Source of the DNA: Phyllosticta citribraziliensis
Taxonomy: Eukaryota
Direction of reading: 5' to 3'
DNA: 64,000 nt
Assembly (NCBI RefSeq): GCF_038025025.1
Contig: NW_027117346.1
Location: forward strand, 1,116,001 to 1,180,000
Under the pieces are notes generated by a model that did no database searches, was not told where the DNA came from, and worked only from the letters and a program-made list of their open reading frames with translations. Shown here in pieces: positions 39,860-53,467 of this stretch (position 1 is its first letter; every line of letters starts with the position of its first letter). The position numbers and the translations under genes were made by a program.

Positions 39860-41696
39860 GGTGAAGAGGGGGAGAGAATGGAGTCGGACGAAGGGGAAGG
39901 CGGAGACGTCGGGGCGATAATAAAGTCACTTGGGTGAGGGATGGATCAAAAAGACATCATGATATCAGGACGAGGTGGCGTATAAAGTTGAAGTCGACGG
40001 ACAACGGGACGTGGACATGACTAGTCGATGCGACTGGCGCGGACAAGCTCGGTTGATCGTAGCGCGAGAGTGTGGGGTAAAGACCGACGAGGCCAGCCGT
40101 GGGCCAATGGCTCGGCGACGTTTGCTAAGCATTCCCGGCACCCACCACCCGAACGACGCGCCGATCCGGGACCTGACCTGAGCGACTCTCAGTCTTGGGC
40201 CCGTTTGCCCGAACAAGACAAAGAAGCCAGTCCCACGTTTTCGACTCCAACAATTCGGTATCATTCACGACACGGTGCCGCAAGAATGGCCTTTGGCCGA
40301 GTTCTTCTCCTTTCAACCCACCTTTTCTGAAACCTACATGTGCTCAAAACCTGGTGTTTGTAGAAGAGGCACTCATCTCAATCTGTTCACTCGTCGCTGA
40401 TTTTGGTGTATTGTACCCATCCCAAGACATTTCGATGGGGTTTGTCCAGAGTGCTTCGATTTCGACATGACCGAACTGTTGCCTTGAAGTTTGTAACCCT
40501 AGGATGAGAGAACGAAAAGTAGAGCTGGTCCTCATGGGGTCGGGACGAGGACTTCCATGATATCAAAGCGGCTTTGAGAGAATTCGAGGTGAGTCTGAAG
40601 AAACCATCGACAGAGGCCGTGTCGCTTGTGAGATGAGTACGGCTTTGCAGACCAAGCCTAGGGGCAGTGGCGGTAGCTCGGTAATTCTCGCCAGTCACTT
40701 CAATGATGCCCACAACCAAGCTGCCTGCCAGCCTCTTCTTCCAATCGTACAGTGAAGAATGCGCACTTCCAGCCATGTCGACGGTCGACTTTGTCAGGAA
40801 TTCCTATTGCGGGTCAATTCGAGGTATGGCCATGGTTGGAACAGCGGGACAGTGTTGATCCGGGATAGTAATGTAGCACAGACTGGAGTACAGCACTTGA
40901 ATCGAACTGGGGCGCATTGGAAGACAATCAGTCGGCTTGGCAACGGCGCAAGAGGCGTGACGTCGGTTTGTTGTTGCGGTGGAGCTGACGGGAGGGCCTC
41001 ATGTTTTCCGACAGGGATGGTGGTTAGTAAGCAGCCGTCGCGGGACATGCGGCCGGGCAGGCCCGAGGGTGGCTCTTACACGCCAACACCGATCGGATGG
41101 CACCAAACGACCATGGCAGCAACGGAGAAGACATGGCGACATTATGGATTTGCACCAACGTGCCTGGCGTCAATGGCAAAAGACCCATGGGGCGGCTCGA
41201 CGGCCACTCGGCTTGTTGTTTGCGACAGCACGAGGCGCCGGCCAAGACAATGGCGGCTTGCCGTGGACACGCGCAACTTTTAGCTTGGGCCTAGGTGGTC
41301 GCCTGGCACATGGATCGGACCACTCCATTACAACGACTTCCTCAACACCATAGCCCCCTCGTCTTCTTCGCTCGCTGCTATACCAAACGGGGCCATGCTG
41401 AGGCCGCTTATGGCCCTTCAACGCTTCCCGCGCCTTTCCTTCTCTCATTTTCTGTCCGCGCCGCCTTCGTGAAGTGCCGATCGACCAGCCTAGAGCCCAC
41501 CTCATCGCCCAGCGCCGCACTTGCAGCACCAGGAAAAGCCAGCGTCCCATCATCAGGCTCCCACTACACTACCGACCGTACCTTACCCTTCCACGCTACT
41601 CCTGACCTGTCTCACTCCCTCAAACACTTGCCCCTCGAAACAAGACTGCCCCCATCCCGTCTCTCTCCACGTCCCGCACCGCAGAGCCCGCCGAAC

Positions 41697-42736
41697 ATGG
41701 CCGGCACCGACCTCGAGGCCAAGATCGTCGTCTTGGGTTCTCAAGGTGTCGGCAAAACAAGCTTGGTCCACCGTTACGTCAAGAACAACTTTGCAAACAC
41801 CACCTCGACCGTCGGCGCCTCGTTCCTCACCAAAAAGGTTGTTGACATCGACACCTCGACCGTCGTGCGCCTGCAGATATGGGACACGGCCGGCCAGGAG
41901 CGGTACCGCAGCATCTCCAAACTGTACTACCGGGGTACGTGCTCTATCCACTTGGACCCTGTATAGACAAACAGACCCTGCATCTTAGCGCCGCATGCTC
42001 GTCTTACTCCCCACGCCGTTTGCTGACTGTCATTCGCGTAGGAGCCAATGCCGCCGTCCTCTGCTACGACATTACCGATCCCAAATCCTTTGAGGAAATG
42101 GGCCGCTGGCTTCTCGAGCTAAAGAAGAATCTTGGCGACGACATTATCCTGCACGTCGTTGGCACAAAGTCTGACAAGGTAGCCGAGGACCCTACCCTGC
42201 GCAAGGTACCTTTCGAGCGCTGCATAGCCTACGTCGCCGAGAACCTGTACCCGCAACACCAGCCACACGACAAGCCGACGACGCCGATACCGAGGAGCCT
42301 CTGGGGTGTCGCAAACGGCGGCAAGGACGACAGCGGCATGGCGAGCCCGCAGAGCAACCGCAGCAGCGGGTTCTGGGGCCAAGACATTGGCTGGGACTGT
42401 TGTCACGAAATCAGTGCCAAGGACGGCGAGGGAGTGGAGGAGGTCTTTCGCGTCATTACGCGCAAGTTGGTCGAGCAGCGCAATAAGGTCATGGAGCTCG
42501 AGATGCTGAGCACCCGCGGCGTCACTCCAGCAGCAAGCGGCTACTCGAATCAAAACGGCTACTTTGAGTACAGCAATGCCAATCCAAATGGCAGCTTCAG
42601 GGTGGGCATCGGCGACAAACGAAGAAGCTGGCTGGGCTTTCCCTCGCCAGCCGTCGCCAATCCGCAGAGCGCTGGCGCCGACGCCTTGGCTGCGGACGTT
42701 GAGCGGCGTGAGAAGAAGAGCGGCAAATGCTGTTGA
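41697..42736 (+). CDS. Rab-family small GTPase (Rab5/21/24-related, atypical G4)
   Basis: GSQGVGKTS, TVGASF, WDTAGQE, GTKSD, EISAK and a C-terminal CC prenylation site. Intron 41935-42041. Confidence 0.9.
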
Positions 42737-43653
42737 CCGTCCCTGACACGCACATTTCTTCATGTCGTGAGCACAGCTTCTTCGGGGGGTGCCGAATCTG
42801 GAGTTTGGAGTTTCGTTTTCTTGCTGGCAGGTTCCATCATTCGTCTCGTCTTCAGACTGTCATTCTTCTGGCCCGGTCGATACGTCATTCTCCGCACGAA
42901 TTCCTTTTGTTTTGTCGTCTTTCTAGTTCCTGTTCACCGCAAGCGACGTTTATCATTTCCGGACCATTTCTTGGTACTATGTTCTTCTCAAGAGGCGTTT
43001 TCCCGGTGGTCTCTTCGTTCTGTAGCACTTCGTCTATTTTACTTTTTTCCTTGGTCCATAATCCTGTCCCTGATTGTCAGAAGTCTGTTGCACTTATCTG
43101 TATAGCGAGCTCACGCAGCTGGACGTGTGTTCGCTGTGCTCTTTTATAGCCGTCAAAGATACCCCTTTGGATATCCGCCCTTTGAATCTTCAACTGTCGT
43201 GAGTCACGTTGACCAAGGTGTTGCTTCTCGCATCAGCCAAGCTGTGTCACTCCCCTCCGCAAACAGGGCCAAGAATTGACTGCTCCGTTGCGGCCAGCAG
43301 CGTATGGAGGACTGGCCTGGATGAGCATCTTCATTTGATTTGGCAGTCCGGCTTGATTCTGCTTTACCGCTGCCGCCAACTTCAAGCTGTCGCGTGGAAG
43401 CCATCGACGACACTAACATTTGTTGTGTGTATATTTGCCCTTGCTTGCTCCCTTGAGGATAATCTCTTCATGCCATATACATTAGCCATTGTATCCAGTG
43501 GCGGATAGTTAACTTCTACGGCCATCACAAGCATGCTTGTAGGTAATATCAATGTTCTCGTCTTGGACGCGTGCTTAAGGAAAATCTAAAGCTTGACGCG
43601 GAAACGCGGTTCTATTTTCTTCCTTCTGGAATTTTCCCCATGGGTATATCATC

Positions 43654-44315
43654 CTACTCCTTTCCACCGCCTGCCACGACCTGCAGCACCAAGAAGAGTG
43701 CAATAGCCCACCAATACCTATTGAGCGAGCGTCAGCATCTACGGCAAATTAGACCTTCCACTTCGGCACCACTCACTTTTGCAAAAACGTCTTTTCTGGC
43801 ACCTCCTGGCCGGCCACCTTGCCGCTCTCGTCCAAAACGACAGGCTTGTTCAGCACAGGAGCAGGGCCCTTCTTGACATGCTCGACGCGCACATCGACCT
43901 CTTCATCTGCTTCGTTCGTACGGGGAACGGCACCGAGACCGACAGTGAAGATGTCGTCACCGTTGGGCGCGGCGTGTAGCACCAATGTCTTCTTATAATA
44001 CGGGGTCAGGGCAGCGGCGGAGGTGAGGATGGAGGACGAGGAGTCGGACGAGAGGCCGATGCGGACGAGCGTGGAGAGGTCGGAGGGGCTGGTAGGCGGG
44101 GACCACGAGAGCAGCGCAGCGGACGCGTTGGCGGCGTCGTAGGAGACCTTGGCGAGGGGCTGCGGCTGGGCTTTGCCTTCACCGAGCGGCCAGGCGAAGA
44201 CGGTGAGGGTCGCCGCGTCGGCAGTGCTGCTGGCTGCCAAAGCAAAAGTGCTGAGGAGGAAGAGGACAGCGGCGATAAGACGCACGGGCGCCGCGAGTGT
44301 TGATGCGGGAGCCAT
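43654..44315 (-). CDS. EMC10: ER membrane complex subunit 10-like protein
   Basis: Signal peptide, PVLNKPVVL, PEKTFLQK|YWW plus a C-terminal TM after intron 43776-43718. Confidence 0.75.
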
Positions 44316-45152
44316 GGAGAGTGATGCAGACGCGATTGCTGGCTGGGCTGGGCTGGGCTGGGGTGCGCGATGCGGACGTTGGCGGTTGACGTTGGTGTGG
44401 CGAACCGACGGCGGCGGGATGATGTTGGCGGCCCACTGTATTACATCGACGCCGGGTCATCAACGAGCGGGAGGTGCGGTAGGGCTGCACTGGTTGACGG
44501 AGCCAAGTGCGAAGTGCGCCGCGCGAAAAGGACCTGCAGCTGTAGCCAACGCCTTGGTTTCTGGAGTGCCAATTCTTGGACACGTTGGCGGCGGACAGCA
44601 GGCCAGGTCAGAATGCCGCGCAGCTCGTGGTACAAGAGGGTGCAGCAGCAGCTCCGAGTCAAGGCGGACCGGGGGAGAGCCCAATGGCGGGTGGTGGCGG
44701 AGACACCGGGGCCAGTGGGTCCTTGTCTAGACGAAAATCGCGACCATCGTGGGGAAAGCTCTGGTGTTTCCAGGCACCGCCGGTGGGGATTGGCGCAACG
44801 CTGAGGTGTGTGCCGTGGTCCATTCATTCCTAAATGCTGGTTACGACATGGCTTCGAGCTCCCCCGGTCAGGTCTCAAGCTCAGGGTGCCTGCCTGCTTC
44901 TCGACTGCTCAACAAAAAGCTTCTTTGCCAGCTCTTCCCTCCTCTGACCTCAAAACCTTCTTCACACTCCTCCCTCACCCCTCCTTGTGACACTCAGACA
45001 TACCCCTCAGCTTCCCTCAGCTTCAATTGACACATTGGCTACCCCTCACCACTCCCACCTCCTCCCTCACCTCAGCTGTCAACTCGTCTTGACACCTGAC
45101 ACTTGTCTCCAATTCCATCGAGCCGTCTCTTGAAGCTCTCACCTCTACCATC

Positions 45153-47104
45153 ATGACTTCTCTTCCTTTCCGCCAGCCTCCCTCGAGGAAGCAGTCCAGG
45201 CAGCTGTCGACGGACCCTCACAATGAGTTGCGTCCCTTCGAGGACCACTACATCGGCATTGATGTGGGAACCGGCAGCGCCCGCGCCTGCATCATGAACG
45301 AGAAGGGTGACATTGTCGGCCTCGCCTCGGAGAACATTGGCCTCTGGCAGCCCCAGACAGGCTACTACGTAAGTGAGCTGGAGGCGAGCTCTCACCGGAA
45401 TATGCCCGCTGACGTCACTGCAGGAACAATCGACGACCGACATTTGGCGCTGCATTTGCTCGTCCATTCGTCGCGCTCTCGACCAGCACAATGTGGATGC
45501 CAGCACCGTTCGCGGCATTGGCTTTGATGCCACTTGCTCTCTCACCGTCTTCAATGGCGTGACTGACGAGCCCGTCTGCATTACTGGGCCCAGCTTTGAC
45601 AACAAGGACGGCAACGACCGCAATGTTGTCCTGTGGCTGGATCACCGCCCCATCGACGAGACAGTCAAGATCAACAACACGAAGCACAACCTCCTGCGCT
45701 ATGTCGGTGGTAAGATGTCCATCGAGATGGAAATCCCCAAGGTCCTGTGGCTCAAGAACAACATGCCACCCGAGCTTTTCAAGAAGTGCAAGTTTTACGA
45801 CTTGACGGATGCCTTGACCCACATGGCCACTGGCGCCGAGACTCGCAGCTTCTGCAGTGTTGTCTGCAAGCAAGGTTTCGTGCCCGTTGGCGTCGACGGC
45901 AGTGTCAAGGGCTGGCAAGAGGACTTCCTCAAGGAGATTGGGTTGGAGGACCTTGTCGAGGACAACTTTAAGCGGATAGGAGGAGTCAACGGGGTGGTTA
46001 GCCTTCCCCACACATCTTTGAACAAGAAAGTGACTAATCCATTCGCAGAACAACGAGTATTCGACCGCCGGCGAGCTCGTCGGTACCCTCAGCGAGCGTG
46101 CTGCCCAAGACATGGGTCTTCCCGCCGGCATCGCTGTTGGCAGCGGTGTCATTGACGCCTACGCCGGCTGGATCGGAACTGTTGGCGCCAAGGTCAGACT
46201 GAGCGCGGAGGAACTTAACTCGGACGCGCCCAAGAACGACGTCTCGCAGGCTTTCACCCGTCTGGCTGCCGTGGCCGGTACCTCGACTTGCCACTTGGCC
46301 ATGTCGCGCGAGCCCGTCTTCGTTCCCGGTGTGTGGGGACCTTACCGCGATGTCCTGCTGCCAGGATACTGGATGGCCGAAGGTGGACAGAGTGCAACTG
46401 GCGAACTTCTGAAGTACGTCATTGAGACGCACCCAGCCTTCAACGAGGCCATGACGGTGGCCGAAACGTTCAACACCAATATCTACGATTACTTGAACGA
46501 GCACCTGCGCGAGATGGCTGAAAAGCACAACGCGCCCTCGGTCAGCTGGCTTGGCCGTCACTTCTTCATGTACGGCGACTTCTTCGGAAACCGCTCTCCT
46601 ATTGCCGACCCCAACATGAAGGGATCAATTGTCGGTCTCAGTAGCGACAAGTCGCTGGACAGCCTTGCGCTCTACTACCTTGGCACCTTGGAGTTCATCG
46701 CCCTCCAGACCCACCAGATCGTGACGGTCATGAATGAGTGCGGACACCAGCTCTCTTCCATCTTCATGTCTGGCTCGCAGTGCCAGAACGACATTCTCAT
46801 GCACCTCATCGCCACGGCCTGCGACATGCCCGTATTGATCCCACGCTATGTTCACGCTGCTGTCGTCCACGGTGCGGCCATGCTGGGTGCCAAGGCTGCT
46901 TCTGCCGACAAGGAGGGCAAGACAACTCCTCTGTGGGAGATCATGGACCGTTACAGCAAGCCTGGCAAGATGATCAAGCCATCGACCAACGAGGGCGAGA
47001 AGAAGCTGCTGGCGGCCAAGTACAAGGTCTTCCTCGAGCAGCTTGACAACCAGCAGCGCTACAGGCAGCTGGTTGACGAAGCTGTCACCGGCTGGAAGGC
47101 TTGA
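45153..47104 (+). CDS. FGGY-family carbohydrate kinase (D-ribulokinase, YDR109C-like)
   Basis: YIGIDVGTGSARA, GIGFDATCSL, WLDHR, MSIEMEIPK, AGTSTCH, AEGGQSATG, GNRSPIAD. Introns 45369-45423 and about 45997-46048. Confidence 0.92.
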
Positions 47105-47503
47105 ACAAAAATGGACGATATGGATGAATGTTTGGGACGACAGTGGATGCTTGGACATGATATCACGGTAAAAGGGACCATCTGCCTATTTTCGGCATTT
47201 GCATGGAAAATCATCTAGATGGCCCTTAGATTAAACATTTTTTTGACACTTGGGGTAATTAATCCGGTTTTTGATGCTTGCCTTCGACTTGAATGCTTGT
47301 GAAATTGATGCTCCATCGTCTCCAATCCCGATGAGGTCATTGATAGCAACCCGAGCTTCCTTGCGATAAGAAAGCTGGAGCTGGCCTAAGCTGCGTGGTG
47401 TGTGCCCGGGCACGGGCCCAAGCGTCAGGTTGCACTTGGTTCGCTCGAAACTTCGGACGCGAATCCCGGCCACAATCTTCCAACACCAACTCCGTAACTT
47501 ACA

Positions 47504-48451
47504 ATGAGCTCCCCTTTCGTCCGGCGGGCCGCCTCTGGCTTTTGCAGAAGTCTCCAGACTCCACGAGCTTCCAACCAAGTCCTCTTGTTCCGGAGCAGCA
47601 TTGCCCAACGCAGCTACGTGAACGAAACCAACCCGCGTCCGCAGTACGCCACCACGAACACGCCTCCAGCACGCCGTGCCACGCCTGCTCCCGCAAGCTC
47701 TTCAAACACATATACCAATTCGAAGCCAGCGCCGACACGGTCCAGTTACTCGAGTAACACCACCAATTCGACTCCTTCCGCAACACCCGCCACCAGCACA
47801 AATGGCAGCCCGAACGGCAACATCAACGGCAACGGCGCGCCGCCGACGCGTTCTCTCGATGAAGGGCTCTTGGACAAGCCGCTCGACCTGCCTTCGCCCC
47901 CGGATGCTGACACAAGCGCACAACCCGACTGGTCACGCAGCTTCCACGGGCTCTCGGCCACACCCTTCAGCGCCGAAGCAGCGCGCGCCCTGCTCGAACC
48001 GCTCAACGCAGACGACATTGAAATCAAGCCCGACGGCATCGTGTACCTCCCCGAGATCAAGTACCGGCGCATCCTGAACCGGGCGTTCGGGCCCGGCGGC
48101 TGGGGCCTCGCGCCGCGCGGCGAGACCATCGTCACGCCCAAGCTCGTGACGCGCGAGTACGGGCTCGTGGTCGGCGGGCGGCTGGTCAGCGTCGCGCGCG
48201 GCGAGCAGCAGTACTTCGACCCGGACGGCATCCCGACGGCGACCGAGGGCTGCAAGAGCAACGCCCTCATGCGCTGCTGCAAGGACCTCGGCGTCGCCAG
48301 CGAGCTGTGGGATCCGCGGTTCATCCGGAAGTTTACCAAGGAGTATGGCAAGAAGGTTTGGGCCGAGCACGTCGTCAACAAGAAAAAGAAGCAGATTTGG
48401 CTCCGCAAGGACGACGAGTTGCCGTACCCGTTCAAGGAGAGCAAGTTCTGA
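47504..48451 (+). CDS. MGM101: Mitochondrial genome maintenance protein Mgm101 (Rad52-like annealase)
   Basis: Basic presequence, then [41 protein letters not shown] and [16 protein letters not shown]. Confidence 0.95.
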   Translation: MSSPFVRRAASGFCRSLQTPRASNQVLLFRSSIAQRSYVNETNPRPQYATTNTPPARRATPAPASSSNTYTNSKPAPTRSSYSSNTTNSTPSATPATSTNGSPNGNINGNGAPPTRSLDEGLLDKPLDLPSPPDADTSAQPDWSRSFHGLSATPFSAEAARALLEPLNADDIEIKPDGIVYLPEIKYRRILNRAFGPGGWGLAPRGETIVTPKLVTREYGLVVGGRLVSVARGEQQYFDPDGIPTATEGCKSNALMRCCKDLGVASELWDPRFIRKFTKEYGKKVWAEHVVNKKKKQIWLRKDDELPYPFKESKF

Positions 48452-49209
48452 GCTAGTTGTTGAGCCATGTGGTCCATGTGGATTGGAGTGGGATGGAAGC
48501 GGAGGGAGGCAAACTTGGGCCCAACACTGCCTGTCTGCCGGCGTGCTACGAATATTTTGTGTTGATTGTGCTCAGTTTCAGGTTTCTTTTTGGGGCCACG
48601 AGAAGTATGGCCTGCGGGGCAGAGGGAGCAGATGGAATCAATCGTCCGGCCAAAAGAGCACAGGGAGATCTGATCACCATCACTGGAGTTTCGTTCAAGC
48701 GGAAGCATAGTCTGCGGACTTGCACAGGCCGTGGGTGTAAGCAGGCGGCTGTACAGCACAGTGATATGATATGTACCCACCAGCTATCAGGCATGGCTAA
48801 AAAAAAGAAGGGCAAAGGAAAAGCAACACCAGACAGATAAAAGCGACTCTCATCTCCGCGCGCGTCCCTTGGCCTTCTCATCGTCCTGCATCTTCGCGAA
48901 ACCCAAGCTACGCAATAGACACACATTTACTTGCCTTGCCCACGTTCCGATCTAGAGCTTCCTACTATCAGAAAGCACTTGCTTCAAGACAACAATGAGC
49001 AGCAGCGCGCGCGAAACTTTGTAACTCAACTTGCTTGCAGCAATGCAAGGTCGCGCGTTTCTTCGATTGAATTACCTACCTAAATATCCGTACGTTGGTT
49101 TGTCCGTCCGCGTGGCATTCCTCCTCTTTCTTCTGTTGACCTAAGTCTGCCTGTGATGAACAGGACAGATCCGAGTGGAGTGACTCGCCATGGTCGCACG
49201 CTCTATTTG

Positions 49210-49236
49210 TGCGTGCGTGCGTGCGTGCGTGCGTGC
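49210..49236. repeat. (TGCG)n microsatellite
   Basis: About six TGCG units in intergenic DNA. Confidence 0.85.
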
Positions 49237-49523
49237 CAGCCAACGAAGCGACCGACCTAGCTGCTTGCTGCGAGCATCTGTTGCTGTTCCTTCCCTGCTT
49301 GAATCGTCCGAGTCGTTGAATCCGCCCCGAGCCTTGTGTGACGCCATGATGAAAACGCAAAACCAGCCTACCTAACTGCCCATCCTAGGTCTCCGTGCCA
49401 GACCGTTCTGGAAGAATACCCCCTTCCGTCAAACCCGACCTCCCTGAGGAAACCAGAGCCAAGACCGTATGTACGCCGTTGTCGTAATAGAACGTTGAGA
49501 TTTAGCTTGAAGAGACAGCATCA

Positions 49524-50695
49524 TCAGTACGCCAGGTCGGTGCCACTCGACCTGGCTCTGTCCTCGCGTGAGCGCTCCCTGCTGGTGGACCCGCTGGCAT
49601 GACCTCCAGCACTGCTGCCGGCACCGCTGCCGCCCCACTGCCACGGCATCCACCCGCCGCTCGCGGTCCGCTGGCCCATCTTGCCCAGATGCTGCTGTTG
49701 TCCGTGGCTGTGGTCCTCGCCCAGGGCCTCGTCATACTCGACGCGATCAAACTCCAATTCGCTCTTGCTCTTGGACAGGAAGCCCTCGCCGCTGTCGCGG
49801 AATTCGCCCGGCGTCCGGTTCTCGCTGGTGCTGGTCGACAGGTGGTCGGCCTCGCGGTCAAACGCCTGCATCAACATGCGCAGCTGGTCGCGTTTGGACG
49901 AAATGTACGAGAGGCGCTCCTCGGGCGAGCTGCGAGACAGCTCCTCAGGGATCAGCGCCTCGGGCCCATCACCGCGCGCGGTGCTGCCAGACTTTTGCCA
50001 GGCCGCGGCGCCCTGCAAGGCGCCGGCCACCAATCCGTAAAAGTCGCCGGCCGGGGCGGCGAGTCCCTGGCCGGCGGCGGGCAGGTTGAAGCGGGAGAAG
50101 AGGTTCTGGGCGTAGGAGCCGGCGGCGGCACCTGCGGCGCCGGCGCGCGAGGGCGGCGGGGTGGGCTCGCGGGGCGGCAGGCCCAGGACGTTGACCTTGA
50201 GGAACTCGATGGCCTGCTTGAGGTAGTTGAGGCCGGCGCGCTTGGCATTGTCGTGGGCCTCGCTGATGAAGCGGTCGATTTCGGCCTCGTGCTCGGCCAG
50301 GAACGGGTGGACGTAGGTCGTGTACAGGTGCGGCGCGCCCTCTGCTCCTGGGGCTACGAGGTAGCAGTAGGCGCCGAAGCGCACCCAGGCGTAAAAGGGC
50401 AGCCAGTCGACGGCCCAGCCGGCGTAGGCCTCAGTGGTTTGGGCGATGGTGAAGACGACCCAGTACATGAGCCATGGGGTCAGCTGGGCGGGATCGCGCG
50501 TCCGCAGGGCCTTGTAGGAGGCGAAGATGGGGAAGAGGGTGGATACTCCGGTGCTGTTAGGAGCTCTGTCAGCATCGACTCGTAGATTCTGAGGTGTCGG
50601 GGTTGAGGCGACAGGGAGCATGAGGGGCAGATGGACCATGTAGACCCGACGTACGTGAGGAGATTGGGGAAGATGTCGAATATTCCGAAAAACAT
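49524..50695 (-). CDS. HVA22/TB2-DP1 (REEP-like) membrane protein
   Basis: MFFGIFDIFPNLLT|TGVSTLFPIFASYKAL..LTPWLMYWVV..WLPFY..LYTTYVHPFL..EAEID. Intron 50654-50554. Confidence 0.85.
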
Positions 50696-51605
50696 GGTTG
50701 CAGGATCCCTCACGGCGATGGGCGGGAGGTGTCGGGAGCAGTGTCGGGACGAGGTGTCGAGGTGGGGAGGTGGAGGAGTGGGAGGAGGAGGAGGAGTGGT
50801 AGACAAAGATTGAGTGCCTGAAGGCTACCTGAGCCTTGGGTGACGACGATTGTGCCGCTCGAAGATCAGTCACTCACAGGCTCCATCCGCGGCGCCATGG
50901 CCTCGCTCACCGCCCGCTTGCAGCTGGAGCTTCGGCACGGGCCATGGACCGCGATAACGTCACGATTGGGATCAGACAAACCGCCACGGCAGCCAGGGCT
51001 GTGACTGTGACGAGCTCATGTCTGCTACACCTCAGCTCTCCATCTCAACCTCATTGTCTTCCAGCTCCTCGATTCAACCCGGGCCTGACGGTGCCGTACT
51101 ACCACCTCCAGGACATGCTCCCAATCAGCCGACGCTACGCGCATCCACTGTCTCAACAGGGATAGCGTGCCTGTCATGACCATGTATTTTTGGGGACAGA
51201 CGCTTTCTGCGACATTGTCGCCTGCGGCTCTTTGACGACGATAAATCATCCAAAACCACGAGGCCTTCCGTCACTCATCCACCGGTACACATGTGGCATC
51301 ACGATATAGGTCTTGCTGCACTGGACGGCTACAGCCCGCAGCAGCGAAAAAGCCCGAGGTGCTTCCACGTCACGAGCAATGCCAACTGAACCTTGGACGC
51401 GCCCTCAACCAGTCCACCTACATTACCACCTGTACATACTCGACCTGCTCATGTGAGGGTCTTCCCACGACGCCGCTCACTCTTCTTTATATTCCTTTGG
51501 CCTCGTTTCGTTTTGGCACCGTCCTCCTACAGTCCTTGTCCAACGCCCAAGGTCACCAGGCACACTAGCTCTCCACCACCCGACTACGTCGGTTCGCATG
51601 CCGTA

Positions 51606-52672
51606 ATGTGTATCGCCATTGTGACGACCGCACATCCAGACTACCCCTTTATCCTCTTAAACAACCGCGACGTACGCCCACTTGCGCTCCTCTCCTGCCC
51701 CTCGACTCCCGTTCTGACTGATTGCAGGAGTACCTTCGCCGCCCCACCGCTCCGGCCCAGTGGTGGGCGCCTCCACATGACCACGTTCTTGGTGGCTACG
51801 ACCTGCACCGCCCCGCCCACGGCACCTGGTTGGGAATCACCCGCCAGGGCCGTCTGGCCGTCCTGACCAACTTCCGTGAGGAGGGCGTTGTCATTTGTGA
51901 GGAAAAGAGCCGCGGCGCCATTCCCAATGCGTGGTTGAAGCTGCCACCCACCTCGACCGAGACGACGGCCGACTTTGGCCAGCGGCTGGTCGAGGAAGAG
52001 CAGGTCAAGGGCGTCGGTGGCTTCAGTCTACTGTATGGTCGTCTCCAAGACGTTGTTCAAAAGCGTCACGACGACGGTCATGCCAATGGCGCAAATAGCA
52101 GCGGTTCAAAGCACCGCAAAGGTCTCGCCATCCTCTCCAACCGCACGCCCGACGTCCACGGCTTGATTTGGGTCGCCGGCGAGCCGGGCGAGACTCACGC
52201 CCTCAGCAACTCGCATTACGGCGACAACTCGTGGCCCAAGATTGTCCGCGGCAAGGAAGCCACCAAAGCCGCCGTCGAAGCCAGTGTGGCTGCGGGCGAG
52301 ACGCGCGACCAGCTGCTCGAGCGCCTCTTTGGCGTGCTCAGTCAAGACAGCTTGCCCAAACACCGGTCCGGCGAAGCTTGGGAGATTTATCTGCGCCAAC
52401 TGCGCAACAGCATCTTCATCCCAGACATTGGCCGCGAGGGCGACGGTGTCGTGACCAAGCCGACGGAGGATATGTCCTTTGCAAAGAACGGAGATGAGAC
52501 TGCGACGACCGCGGCCAGCGGTATCTACGGCACCCAGCGGCAGTCGCTAGTGGTGGTTGACCGCGACGGCAACGTCACGTTTGTCGAGAGATCTTTGTTC
52601 GATGCACAGGGCAGGCCCGTTGAGAGGGGCAAGGGGGACCACAAATTTGAATTCCAAATTGAGGGATGGTGA
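51606..52672 (+). CDS. TANGO2/NRDE (DUF833) family protein
   Basis: MCI start, NRD|E motif formed across intron 51672-51727, GTWLGITRQGRLAVLTN, SRG, LSN..WPK, YGTQ. Confidence 0.9.
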
Positions 52673-53467
52673 TGCTGGCATTTTGGAGTTGAGGAGTGCT
52701 TCATTGTCAAAGATACCTCCTGGAGCGTTCAGTACAGCACAGCACAGCAGGCGCATGAATGCACGGTTGAATTGCCCTTTGGCTGAGTCGGTGCCCAACT
52801 GGATCTTGGTATTCTCGGTTGTCTTGTGTACATGTAGAATGGCCCGCCCCGTCCAAAGTGGTACAGAACAGACGTGCAGTGCAGTATGCATGCCGGCAGC
52901 CGGCAGCGGGCATACTGACACTGCATCAGCATACTCTTCTTACCGCCACACTCTTCTCAGACAATGTACAAAGCTCTTGCCAACTCTCCACTTTGACAAA
53001 TGGTCTTTTCTGCCGGTGATGTTGGGCCCTCGACGAATTTGAGACTATTAAACAACAGCAGCATTGAGTAAAGCATGCTTACGTATCTCTTGCCCCTGTC
53101 TCCTCTTATCTCAAAGGATACCCACAGCGGCCCCAGCACGTAGCCGAGTTGCCTTCTCCTGATTTGCGTGGATGTACGTGGAATCCTTTGCTTACGCTTC
53201 ACCGCTGCTCCGTATGATGCTTCCTACGCGGCGCCAGTTAGCCAGCCAGCCAGGTGCTGATAGACTGTCATGACTCCATCTATTCATTCACCTGCATGCA
53301 CGTGTCCTCTATCCAGCATGTGCAGCCGTAAAAGCTTCGCCTGGAGATCCGCTGACAAAATGCTCGTAATCACGTACCATCACCAAACGCTGCATGCGCC
53401 TCTCCGCAACCAAGTCCCGCCGAACCGTCGATAAAACGCAAAAACGCCGCCTCCCCTCCAACAACAA

